From contig NKIB01012947.1 of the NCBI GenBank assembly GCA_002256025.1, positions 1 through 64,000 on the forward strand: 64,000 bases of DNA, written 5' to 3'. Positions 50,279 through 60,997 of this stretch are shown one piece after another. A model generated the notes under the pieces. The model was not told where the DNA came from. It ran no database searches and saw only the letters and a program-made list of their open reading frames with translations. The stretch comes from Asterionella formosa (taxonomy: Eukaryota). Position 1 is the stretch's first letter, and each line of letters starts with the position of its first letter. The translations under genes and the position numbers were made by a program.

Positions 50279-51208
50279 CTCCCCTTCATTCAAGCTGTTA
50301 ATCAATGTATGGTGGTTGCCACAAGATTTCCCAGGTTTGCTGTGGAATCAATCTGAAATTTGAACAAATATGGAGAAGTATCTCATCAATTCATTTGCCT
50401 GATTTCTGTGATGCAATAAGCTCCCCTTTCTGCTATTCTGATGCCATGGGACATATCTCCCCTATCTGCGGTGTTCCAGCCAGTGACAAGTGGCAGGTGA
50501 AAAGAAGAAAGATAACCAAGATTACAGTCTCCCTCTCACCATAGTGTAGGGTTCTTGTACATGCTGGCAAAGGAGTCCTTGGTTGTTGGGAGAGTAAAAT
50601 AATAGAGAAAAACCCCATGTTATGATACTTTTGCTGTTGCTGTGAGCATCTGAGTAGGCTAGATCCAGCAGTATCCCCCCCATTTAAGAGAATTGGCAAG
50701 CCAAGGGTTGACGATGCTTGATAGATGGGAACAAGACATGCTGGGGTGTGGCAACACAGGAAAAAAAGGCTGGTATTGATGATGGAAAACAGCATATGCA
50801 AGATCAACCATGGCTGGTGTGCCGCCAATGTCAAGAGGGTCGTCAAGCCAAGGGTCCTGGGCGTCCGCAATGGCTAGGGACATGGTGGCGCAGAAGCAAG
50901 TGTAAAAGAGAAGAAGGGCCCCTTTGTAAGAAGCTCTTGTGGGCGTAGTGAGCGTCTTTTTAGACTCGGTACCAAGTAAGGTGGCTGTGTGGGTGGGTGG
51001 GGGCACAAGCAAATGGGACCTCTGTACCAAGAGCTGTGCTGGGTAGAGAGAAATACAACAGTAAATGCAGAGACACACACAAACTACTGAGGCGCACCGC
51101 TTCAACACGGTGACTTTTGGTTTGCAACAACAGCTGCTTTGACCAGATGGAATCTGCGTCAAAGTACAATGGGTCCAAGGAGGAGAGGAGCGGAAAGGTC
51201 TGATAAAC

Positions 51209-51526
51209 TAGTAAAGGATAAACGGATCATGATATAAACAACTGCATTGCAAATATGACAAACCCAATCATTGCTGGACAGAGAATACTTATACCAAATG
51301 TTTAATTCTACTAATGTGTGCTATATAATTAATTTCATACCCTGTTGGTTTTACTGCTGGCTGGTACCTGGTACCAGCCAGGTAGCCGTTGGCTGGCTGC
51401 CCGGTATAAATCCATGGGTTATTCAACATACATATGTTTTGGTCATACATATTTCCACCATACTGTGCCTGTTCACTATTGAATGACTTTGCTTAGCTCA
51501 CGTTGCTTGTAATATTTCTCTGCTAG
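51209..51526. repeat. ~315 bp direct repeat, copy 2
   Basis: See 49961-50278. This copy has an extra 7-bp tggtacc at ~51362-51375. Confidence 0.92.
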
Positions 51527-51814
51527 TATGTACGTACTATTTCTTTTTATTCTCCGTCGAAAACAGTACATACTGGTATTATATATCCATGCATGAGAAA
51601 TGAAAAGAATTCATTTATTATCCGCTGTATGATGATACCGGTATACTGGTAGTCATGAAATAAACCGGTCATAATTAAATGTACAATACCGTATTCACAT
51701 TACAGTCATCATCGAACATATTTTGTTACAAGAATATTAGGCTTGACCTTCAAACCCTTCTCCTCGTCATCTCACCATTGATTATTCTACTTGGTGAATA
51801 CAGTAACAACCACA

Positions 51815-52423
51815 ATGATTTGTCAAAACTTGTTCCTCTCTCTGATCCTCTTGACGCTACCGTCACGGTCGCTCGCACAAAACGATGCTCAAGTTTATCG
51901 TCAAGACGATGGCGTATCTGAATGCCAGTCCGACATGGCGCAAGACGAAGTTGCATTCTTCAAGGCATGCGTTAATGGAATAATGGACGTTTTGAAAGCA
52001 ATCATAGAGATTCACCCCAAATGGGTCCACAAAGTGACCAAGGACGGGGAACATTGCCTTCACTTGGCTGCCATTAAAGGTCAAACAGAAGTGACAACTT
52101 ATATGCTTCAACAGGGTGCCGACCCCAATGTTCGCTCTACCTTTAGCGCAGGCCTACGAATGCATCCGTTAAGCTGGAATGTTTATCGAGGAAATTATGA
52201 AAACGTCAAGGTGCTGTTAGATGGAGGGGCGAATGTAAATTTGGATTTTGATGCTTTGAATGAGGACCAGAAGGTCGTAACTGCTTTGGATATATCGACT
52301 CGTTTGGTAATGGCGTCCATAAAGCCAAAAGGACACGAATATCTACAGGATAAATTTGATATCACGAATGAATATCTCTTGGATCGAGGAGGTAAGCTCT
52401 ACATGGAAATCAACAACATCTGA
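51815..52423 (+). CDS. Signal-peptide-bearing ankyrin-repeat protein, paralog 2
   Basis: ATG 51815 MICQNLFLSLILLTLPSRSLA. The core is nearly identical to 48453-49043 (DGEHCLHLAAI.GQ.EVTTYMLQQGADPNVR, GLRMHPLSWNVYRG). Confidence 0.85.
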   Translation: MICQNLFLSLILLTLPSRSLAQNDAQVYRQDDGVSECQSDMAQDEVAFFKACVNGIMDVLKAIIEIHPKWVHKVTKDGEHCLHLAAIKGQTEVTTYMLQQGADPNVRSTFSAGLRMHPLSWNVYRGNYENVKVLLDGGANVNLDFDALNEDQKVVTALDISTRLVMASIKPKGHEYLQDKFDITNEYLLDRGGKLYMEINNI

Positions 52424-53877
52424 ATATTTGAAAAAAACTCAAGGGGGTAGTATTATATGATGCTTGTTAAATCTCTGATTATTTAATGAATTCTGACCAC
52501 ACCATGCTATAGATTCTTTTCAGCAGATTAGACTTGGTTGATCTGCAATAGCGATGTTTAATTCCGGAAAAATCTGAGAACCAATTGTTGGGTTCGACTC
52601 CCTCACTCCTCACACAGTGAATTCTGGTGAAACCATGCTTTTCATTTAGTTTTCCAGTTTCTTTGCAGTAGATTATACTTCGTTGTTCTATCTAGTCAAT
52701 TTTATTCCAACAAATATTTTTCGAAGCAATTGTTGAGTTCGATTTCCCACCTTTCTTGCCACCCCACAAGGCAGGTCTTTGCCTGGACTGGTGTACAAGA
52801 AAAAGTGGGTTGCCCCCTTGCAAGTAGCTTGTGTTGCCTTCCTAGGCTGTACGAGTTCCCCCTAGCTAACAATGCTACAGCTATGACGCCCACATTTCAT
52901 GAACAAAGGTGAATGGAGAATCACCTATACAAACAAAACTAGAAAAGTACAATTTTTGTTGGCAGGTACTGCCTAGTAGCTAGCACAATGATCACAAGCT
53001 TAGAAAGCAAGTATGGATGGGCTACACTGAACAAAAGACATGGTATTTTTATCATCAGAACCCTCACCCAGACCCATTGAATGCTCACAAATTGGAGGCA
53101 AATATCTGAATGTAGTGGGATCTTACTAGCATTGTGGCCTACTTTCAGAAAGCCATTTCTAATATCAGACGCAAGATTTTATAGGTCCCATGAGCTGAAG
53201 ACAATGGCATCTGGTGCCAATCATCCAATCTCAGCAGTGACAATTGAAAAGGCAAAGTAAAGCCAAGACATCCGTGCATATGTTAAGGATTGATACAATG
53301 CAAACGCGACCATCAACAACCAATCAGGGACAGTCGAAATCGCTCGTGGAGTTTTCCTATATAGTACCCCCTGGTAGTGCGAGTAAACATCTAAGATACA
53401 AAACTCATACCACTATTTTTACCTCCGCTTACCGGTACCGGTTAATACCGGTATGTATTACATCTAGTAACAAACCCATCATGAGCGACCTATTTGTTCT
53501 TCGAAACTCCCGCCTGGATCAAGTACGTACGAATGTAGATTTTTCCGGGCGGAGAATGACATGCCGAAGAACAAACATACTCCCAAGATATACTACCGGT
53601 ATATGCGGTAATGATGCACCATCATGTTTAATAGATACTCCAACGAGCAGGGTGCCCTGGTACTGTTTACTTAGGACCCCTATATACCGGTATGCGTCGG
53701 TTTGATATCAATTCTCAGCTGTCATCACTCTTGTTTGTAACTGACAGCATGATCAGCGATCGTGTTCACTGCTCTTCATGTTCTGAAATACAACGAGGAT
53801 TATTAGGTGTCAAGGCGATCGCTGGCTGCTTAATTCTTGGACGCCTATAAGGATAAATAAACAGTTTGGTGTCCATC

Positions 53878-55278
53878 ATGGCTTCAGGCATCCATCGCCT
53901 CGATGCATCCCTCGTCAACAAAGACGGCTTGACATATCAAGCTGGTTTCGGCAATTCCTTCGCGTCTGAATTTATTGCAGGAGCCTTGCCTCGAGGTAGG
54001 AATAATCCCAGAAAGGTGCCATATGGTCTTTACGCTGAACAGCTCTCCGGAACAGCCTTTACTGCACCACGAAATGGGAACCGACGAACATGGCTCTATC
54101 GCATCCACCCCAGTGTGGTTGGGACTGAGAGCTCATTCCAGAAATGCGCTACCACGTATCCATCTCATTTTGGACATTTGCAGGACTTGCAACTCGACCC
54201 AAACCCCATGAGATGGTGTAGTCTACCTTTACAAACGGGGGTCGATTTTGTTTCAGGCATGAGGACGTTACTCTCCAGCGGCTCGCCCCTCACCAAGAAT
54301 GGACTCGCTATTAGCATGTATTCGTTTGATAGAGACATGCGGAATGTGCATATGTATAACTCTGACGGAGACTTTATGATTGTTCCCCAACAAGGATCGT
54401 TACTGATCCATACTGAGCTGGGCAAAATGGTTGTGTCCCCCAACGAGATCTGTGTCATTCCTCGCGGCATTGTCTTTGCTGTCAACAAGCTAAACAGCAA
54501 CGACCCACCTACTCGCGGCTATGTCCTAGAAATATTCAAAGGACACTTTGAATTGCCAGAGCTCGGGCCGATTGGGAGCAATGGTCTAGCAAACACTCGA
54601 GATTTCCTCCACCCGTCGGCGTGGTGTGTACCAAAACAAGACTACCAAACTAACTGTACGATTCTTAACAAATTTGGAGGCGAACTATTTACGCGGCAGT
54701 CGCCACACTCTCCTTACAATGTGGTCGCATGGCACGGAAATTACGTTCCCTTCACGTATGATTTGACCAACTTTTGTGCCGTCAACTCTGTCACTTACGA
54801 CCATTTGGATCCATCCATTTATACTGTCTTGACGGTGGCCGGTAGCGAACCTGGAACTGCGCTTGCTGACTTTGTCATTTTCCCATCTCGCGTCATGGCG
54901 ACAGATTCCAACACATTGCGACCACCGTGGTTTCATCGAAACTGTATGACGGAATTCATGGGATTGATATCTGGAGGCTATGATGCCAAAGAAGGTTTTG
55001 TGGCTGGTGGAGCCTCCTTGCATAGTTGCATGACGCCCCATGGACCCGATAATGTTTCATATAACACGGCAGTGTTGGATCCATGTGAGGTACCAGTGAA
55101 GTTTACAGGAGGCTTGGCGTTTATGTTTGAGACAAATATGATTTTGCAGTTGACCAAGTACGCCAGAGAAGCAGGTCATAGAGATATGGCATATCCCGAG
55201 TGCTGGGCGGGCCTCGACGACACATTTAGCGGATGGAGCCTGCTGGAGGATCCTACGAGAGACAAGAAACAGGAATAG
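53878..55278 (+). CDS. HGD: Homogentisate 1,2-dioxygenase
   Basis: ATG 53878. Motifs YQAGFGN, GLYAEQLSGTAFTAPR, WLYRIHPSV, LPELGPIGSNGLAN, VVAWHGNY, DHLDPSIYTVLT, RPPWFHRNCMTEFMGLI and GGASLHSCMTPHGPD. Confidence 0.97.
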   Translation: MASGIHRLDASLVNKDGLTYQAGFGNSFASEFIAGALPRGRNNPRKVPYGLYAEQLSGTAFTAPRNGNRRTWLYRIHPSVVGTESSFQKCATTYPSHFGHLQDLQLDPNPMRWCSLPLQTGVDFVSGMRTLLSSGSPLTKNGLAISMYSFDRDMRNVHMYNSDGDFMIVPQQGSLLIHTELGKMVVSPNEICVIPRGIVFAVNKLNSNDPPTRGYVLEIFKGHFELPELGPIGSNGLANTRDFLHPSAWCVPKQDYQTNCTILNKFGGELFTRQSPHSPYNVVAWHGNYVPFTYDLTNFCAVNSVTYDHLDPSIYTVLTVAGSEPGTALADFVIFPSRVMATDSNTLRPPWFHRNCMTEFMGLISGGYDAKEGFVAGGASLHSCMTPHGPDNVSYNTAVLDPCEVPVKFTGGLAFMFETNMILQLTKYAREAGHRDMAYPECWAGLDDTFSGWSLLEDPTRDKKQE

Positions 55279-55493
55279 TTACAGCGCACTGGTTATACCA
55301 CAAGCCTCGAAGGAAAGCTGTATCCTTTGTGTCACCGGCAACTACGGTTGCAATAAATGCCGTATAGAGATGAGTACACGTCGCAAGAAAAGTTACATTT
55401 GTCTTGTTACATCATGTCAAACAACGAACAACACGTCATGCTACATTGATGCATTAATCTTCCTTGACATGCAGTAATGTAGCGATTATCCCT

Positions 55494-57890
55494 TCAAACG
55501 CCTTTGTCCCAATAGCCCTCCCAATCCCCTCCCAACCTTTCGTAAAGTCTCTTGTTGTAGGGTTCAAAAAACTTCCGAAGCATTTCACGAGTCTCGTTCT
55601 TCATTGCATGCTGATATTCGCTAACTACCTTTTCAGTTTCATCATTGAGTGGTGCAACCGGCAAGCCCAGAAAGTCTAAGACCTTTCTGTACACTCCAGC
55701 CTTGCTATCATGCATATCTTCAGATCTCACAATATGAATCTGAGTTGTAGGATCTCTCCCGGACTCTTCAAAAGCCTTTCTCCAGTGCCGTATTTGGACG
55801 TCATAGATACTTCGACCAATGGGTCCTTCACTTGCTAGTTTTAGGTACCGAGGCCAAGCTGTGTCCTCTTCCTCTTCGTTTTTGGCATCCAGGAAACCCG
55901 ATTGATTAAGAGCTTCAAGATCGTTTTGAATCCAATTCTCAAAGTCCATTTTCATCCCAGTAATTTTTTGAACGTATGCATGATTTGAATATGCTCTATC
56001 AATAGGATTCCGAAGTATCAATACCAACTTGATCCAAGGACACACGCACAATATCCTATGCGGTAGCATAGATGAAAAAAACAAATAGCCAGGTGTAGCA
56101 TCAAAAGATATCTTTGACCTGTTTGATATTAAAATCTGAGAATGATATTCCATTTTGTACATCGTCTCTCGTGCCTTCTTGACCAGTGTTTTGCGATTCT
56201 CATCAACATATTCCATTCGGAAATTCTTGTTCATGAAAAACTGAAGTTCCTTAGTCCTTGCCCCCTCCACAAGTGGATGCTGCGAAATATAGGAGGCCAA
56301 AGATGTTGTCCCACTCTTTTTAGCGCCAGGAAGCATGAAATAGGGCGCTCGAAATTTCCATTGGTCTTGATCAGCAGTTGGATACCATTCCTCGCCTGTC
56401 AAGTCGCACCATTTTTCTGTAAATTTTTGGCCCTCTTTCTTGTTGTAGACAGGATGTTCATATGTTGGAGCGAAGTTAACCGTACCTTCCTTGCTTAATG
56501 TTTCGTTTGGAACGGCTTTGTTGTTTCCCTGAATCCCCTTCAGCATCTCCTCTTCTGTGGTGGCTTCGTCATCATCTACTACTTCGTTGTAAAGTTGATG
56601 CTCTGGGACTTTTTGAACCATACCATCGTCCCACTCATCTGTCCAATCTTCGCCAAGCAACTTATACAGCCGCTTATTATATGGCTTGAAAAATTCTTTC
56701 AGCATTGCCTTCGTTTCATTCTTCATTTTTGCCAGCGTATAGGTGGTAGTAAGGACCTCGCTGTATGTACTCGAATGATTGGGTGGCATTTCCAGCCACC
56801 AGAATATTGTGTTACAAAGTTCATCTGGCTTTTGGTGCATTTCCTCGTTTCTCACCACCATGAATTCCGTTTCAGGGTCGCGCCCAATGTCAACTAGGGC
56901 TTTATACCACGCTTCTATTTGAATTACATACAAGGACCGTCCGATAGCTGCGGGTTCATCCCCAACCAGCATGCCTAAGTACTTGTCCCAAGCGCGCTTC
57001 TCTCTGTCAGATCCATAAAATTCCTCGTTGGGTATTTCATTTTGAATGACACCTGCCAGTCGTAATTGGATAAAGTCATGCTCGATCCAATCTTCAAAAG
57101 GCATTGTAGTGAATCGACCCTTATTCGGGTCCATTTGAAAGTTATAATGCGAAAGGACTCGGGCTGCGGGTTCACGGAGGGTTACCAATAGCTTCACCCA
57201 GGGGCATGTACATAAAATCGCAGAAATGGATGTGCTGGTTTTGAACAAATATCCTGGAGTCGCGTCAAAAGAGACCCAAGTGTCACTAGAACTTAGTTGA
57301 AGGGCATTGTAATCACCACTTTCAACATTGTACATTTCTGCGCGTGCCTCTCGAACTAATACTTTTCCGTCTTTTGAACGGTGCTTAAAATGGGTTGGGA
57401 GGAAATACAACAGTTCCTTCGTCCGAGCAATACTTGTCCATGGGTGGTTTCTCAACCACGACGACAGTGCGGACGTGCCCGCCTTTTTGGCTCCAATCAG
57501 TAAGAAGTAAGGCCCTCGTTGTTGCCATGCGAACTGGCCAGTTGGGAACCACTCCACGCCGGTCAAGTCACAATTTTCATGGACGAAGGCGTTGACTACT
57601 TCCACAGCTTGTTCTGGATTCGACATGTGTTCGTCGATGTTGGCATTCGCTGCCTTCTGTTTGTTTAAATAAAAGTCGTCGTCCACGGAGACAACGTCCT
57701 GGTAATTGTTGCTTTTCGTGTACTGTGTCAATTCCGGTTTCGTGGTCCCGTTGTGCGAGCTGTAGGATATGCCCATCACCATAATGGCAATAGCAGCGAC
57801 GAATGCATAGCGCATAGACTTGGAAATGTCGATTTCGCCTTCATATCTGGAAGTTCCTCGGCGTCGATTCAAGGAGGGTGGATGCGTCAT
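55494..57890 (-). CDS. Type II membrane sulfotransferase with two tandem heparan-sulfate-3-O-sulfotransferase-like domains
   Basis: N-terminal TM anchor. Domain 1: IGAKKAGTSAL / DATPGY / LREPAARVLSHY / FFKPYNKRLY. Domain 2: PGAKKSGTTSL / DATPGY / LRNPIDRAYSNH / FFEPYNKRLY. Confidence 0.9.
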   Translation of the reverse strand: MTHPPSLNRRRGTSRYEGEIDISKSMRYAFVAAIAIMVMGISYSSHNGTTKPELTQYTKSNNYQDVVSVDDDFYLNKQKAANANIDEHMSNPEQAVEVVNAFVHENCDLTGVEWFPTGQFAWQQRGPYFLLIGAKKAGTSALSSWLRNHPWTSIARTKELLYFLPTHFKHRSKDGKVLVREARAEMYNVESGDYNALQLSSSDTWVSFDATPGYLFKTSTSISAILCTCPWVKLLVTLREPAARVLSHYNFQMDPNKGRFTTMPFEDWIEHDFIQLRLAGVIQNEIPNEEFYGSDREKRAWDKYLGMLVGDEPAAIGRSLYVIQIEAWYKALVDIGRDPETEFMVVRNEEMHQKPDELCNTIFWWLEMPPNHSSTYSEVLTTTYTLAKMKNETKAMLKEFFKPYNKRLYKLLGEDWTDEWDDGMVQKVPEHQLYNEVVDDDEATTEEEMLKGIQGNNKAVPNETLSKEGTVNFAPTYEHPVYNKKEGQKFTEKWCDLTGEEWYPTADQDQWKFRAPYFMLPGAKKSGTTSLASYISQHPLVEGARTKELQFFMNKNFRMEYVDENRKTLVKKARETMYKMEYHSQILISNRSKISFDATPGYLFFSSMLPHRILCVCPWIKLVLILRNPIDRAYSNHAYVQKITGMKMDFENWIQNDLEALNQSGFLDAKNEEEEDTAWPRYLKLASEGPIGRSIYDVQIRHWRKAFEESGRDPTTQIHIVRSEDMHDSKAGVYRKVLDFLGLPVAPLNDETEKVVSEYQHAMKNETREMLRKFFEPYNKRLYERLGGDWEGYWDKGV

Positions 57891-59393
57891 GTGGATGAAT
57901 GTATTCAGTAATAGTATATAGCGATCACTGTGCCAATGAAGGAAAATGAAGGACTAACTTTTGAGAGTCCAGCATGCACGAAATCCTTTTACCTGACAGC
58001 TTTAAGTATGTAGCTACATACCTGTAGTGTCCCGTGTATTGATTATTAACGGTTCTATCGCTCACGAATTGAGTGCACCATGGCTGATGTATGACACAGT
58101 CCTTGTATTAAAAAAATTAGTGACAAGCATGAATCAATTTTTCAGTCTAGTGACAAACATGAGTCAATCTTTTTTCATACAGTAGTTGTTGGGTTTTGTT
58201 AAAGTTTATGATTCATATCTACCTACCAGCATCAGTCACTTATATTCACTGTGATCCTACCATCCACTGCCTAGCATCTTAGCTAATAAGTATGTATGTC
58301 AATGATACACTATTTTGCAGATGTCAAAGGTTGATCTACAACTTCTCAATCAAGTTTACTGATATTATTGCTCACAGTACACAAGGGTCCAACATGAACC
58401 CTTTGGGAATACTTGCAGGAGTGTCATTGTCATCCTTGTCATCCCATAAGGTCCCAAATTCTGTCTGGCCATGCGGTTTTCCGTCATTCTATGGGCTAGT
58501 TTCATCTTGATCATGTAAATATAGGGTATCTGGTAGTGTACGTTTAGTGGGAGGAGGGATATATTCCCACAAGATTGCCTCAGCTCGTCTTAACAGTAGT
58601 AAATTCCTGATGGACTTCCCAAAGTAGTATTCAAATGACGACTTGCTAGTGTATTAGGGTTAAGAAGGCCGCATGGTACCAGTACTTTCTCTCCGTATTA
58701 ATTTCGAGTAGACAACACAGATCCATTTCGTCCAAATTCCGTGTCCATTTGCCAAAAAGGTGCTTGTACCAATTGCTTTTGGTCATTGGTAAATTTAGAC
58801 AGGAATAAATCTACCTTCACCCAATATAAAAGATGTTGATGCATACCAGCATATCTTCAGCGTCAAGAATGCATGCAAATAGACAAGCGTTTGTGTATTG
58901 GAAGATAAATGAATATAACAAGGAGTGGAAATTAAACGAACATTTTAAAAGCAAAAAACCTATGTCACAGTACTGTATACGTATAGACAAATGTATTGCC
59001 GATTCTGTAGAATCGATCCCTTTGCCTTCTCACTTTATATAGACTCGTCAAGATTCAAATATTGCAGTGTTCATGGTGCCTGGTACAGCGTTTGAAATTT
59101 TCATTACATCACAAAGTCGCACTTGCAAATCTGGTTTCTTTCAAATATTCAGTTTTGCACAATCCTGCACCGATGGTTGATATCATAAAAACGAAGCCAA
59201 CATGTTTGCAAAGTTTGCATCCTTGCTGAACATTCCCTTTACTTGATTATTCGTTCTGTGTTACCAAAGGCTCCCGCAACATTGCAAGTAGTGTGCAGCA
59301 GCTAAGCGAAAAATAGTATTCATTGTCACTGAGCTTGATAGTATTCCGTGGAATATTCTCAGATGAAGCGCATCAGATATGATGCAAATCGAG

Positions 59394-60502
59394 TTAGGCA
59401 TTCTGAAGCAAGTGTGCGCATTCTGGTACTGGGGTAATAACAGTTCCGTCTTTGATATGCTTGAGAATGTTCTCCACTGTGAGTGCTCCCATGGATGCTC
59501 TCGTTTCGATAGTAGCACTGCCAACATGAGGCAACAGTACAACATTTTCCATGGCTCGCAAATCCCTAGAAATAAAGGGCTCATTCTCATATACATCCAA
59601 CCCGGCCCAGCCGAGTCGACCTTCTTGGAGTGCCTTAATCATAGCCTGTTCATCAACCACAGAACCTCGAGCTACATTGATGAGAGTTCCATCAGGGCCA
59701 AGAGCATTGATTACTTCCTCATCCACAATGTGTTTGGTTTCCGACCCTCCAGGGACAATACAAATGAGGCAATCAACATCTCTCGCCATGGCGACAAGAG
59801 AACCATAGTACTGAAACATAATATCGTTTCTTTTGGATCTGGTATGATAGACGACTTCACAATTAAATGACACAAGTTTATTGGCAATTGCTTGACCAAT
59901 TCTTCCCATACCTAACAGTCCAACTTTTCGATTGTCAGCTGCACGTGTCAACTTATGAGGTCCTAACTTTTCCCAAGCTCCAGATCGGGCATGTTGCTCA
60001 CAAGAACGAAAATTTCGATAGCACGCCAACATGAGCATAATGGCCGTTGTCGAGGTTTCCGCATCCAAAACGTGTGGTGTATGTGTCACCAGTACGTTCT
60101 TTGCCGCAGCTGCCATGGCGTCGATGCTGGAGATGAGTGAGAAGGCAGCAGTTGACATGAGTTTTGTGTGTGGCGAGGAAAGTGAAACACACTGGTGTCC
60201 CTCAAGCACACAGTTCTCACTCACCCATCATATCCTACTCCATTTGAACTGATTACTTTAAGATTGGGAAGAAATATCATGTACTCACTAGGCATGCCAT
60301 CGTGTCCATTCGTCATGACATAACTGATTTGATCACCATTGTCCCGCAGCCAATCCTTGCCCTTTTCGGACAGTTTGTGTACTTGGACTTCGTTCTCCTT
60401 GAGTCTGGCCAACATTTCTGTTGTCGCCGATCCGATGAGGAGTACATTCTTCATTGACGAAACAAGAGAGATTGTCAGTGCTTGAAGGAGGAGCAAGTGC
60501 AT
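59394..60502 (-). CDS. D-isomer-specific 2-hydroxyacid dehydrogenase (glyoxylate/hydroxypyruvate reductase-like); 2 exons
   Basis: Exons 60502 (or 60454)-60225 and 60126-59394; the intron GTGAGT..CAG restores GVGYDGID. Motifs GLLGMGRIG, LINVARGSVVDE, AGLDVYENEP and LPHVGSAT. Confidence 0.93.
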
Positions 60503-60890
60503 TATCAAACTTCGCTCGATCTAGAGGTATCAATCGTCTTCATCAATGGCTCCCTTAATTTTGTAAAACAGTCAAAACAAAACACTCGTTGTACAGATCA
60601 TGAACATCAAAACTAGCTAACAAAAAAGTGCCGGGCACATGGCATCAATGCATTGAAGATGGCAATGATGTAATGTATTGTACGTGACCTAACCAGTATC
60701 ATAGTACGAACTCCGGGGTAGTTTGTGAGTCAGAATCCTTTGAATAAATTTAGTAATAAGTCAATCTAGTACCGGTACTGGTAAGCCTAAGGGTCGTTCT
60801 TATCATTCCGAATTTGCTGTATCATTTCCGGGTTGTGGGCAAAAAATGACGGTTGGTATCAAAACACGGTATCAGCAACGGTAACTTGAT

Positions 60891-60927
60891 GGTATCAATT
60901 TTGTGTCATTGATACAAAATTGATACC
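60891..60927. repeat. Near-perfect hairpin within a GGTATCA-repeat-rich, probably transposon-derived segment (~60786-60960)
   Basis: ggtatcaattttgtgtca-t-tgatacaaaattgatacc; ggtatca recurs at ~60856, 60868, 60891 and 60950. Confidence 0.7.
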
Positions 60928-60997
60928 TTTTTTTGCCCCCTCCAAAAACGGTATCATATTTCATTGGTTACAATATACAGTTTAGATACCGGTAGAC

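Noticed and set aside
52575..52612. B-box-like gggttcgactccc suggesting a tRNA
   Set aside because: I could not fold an acceptor stem or D/anticodon arms around it.
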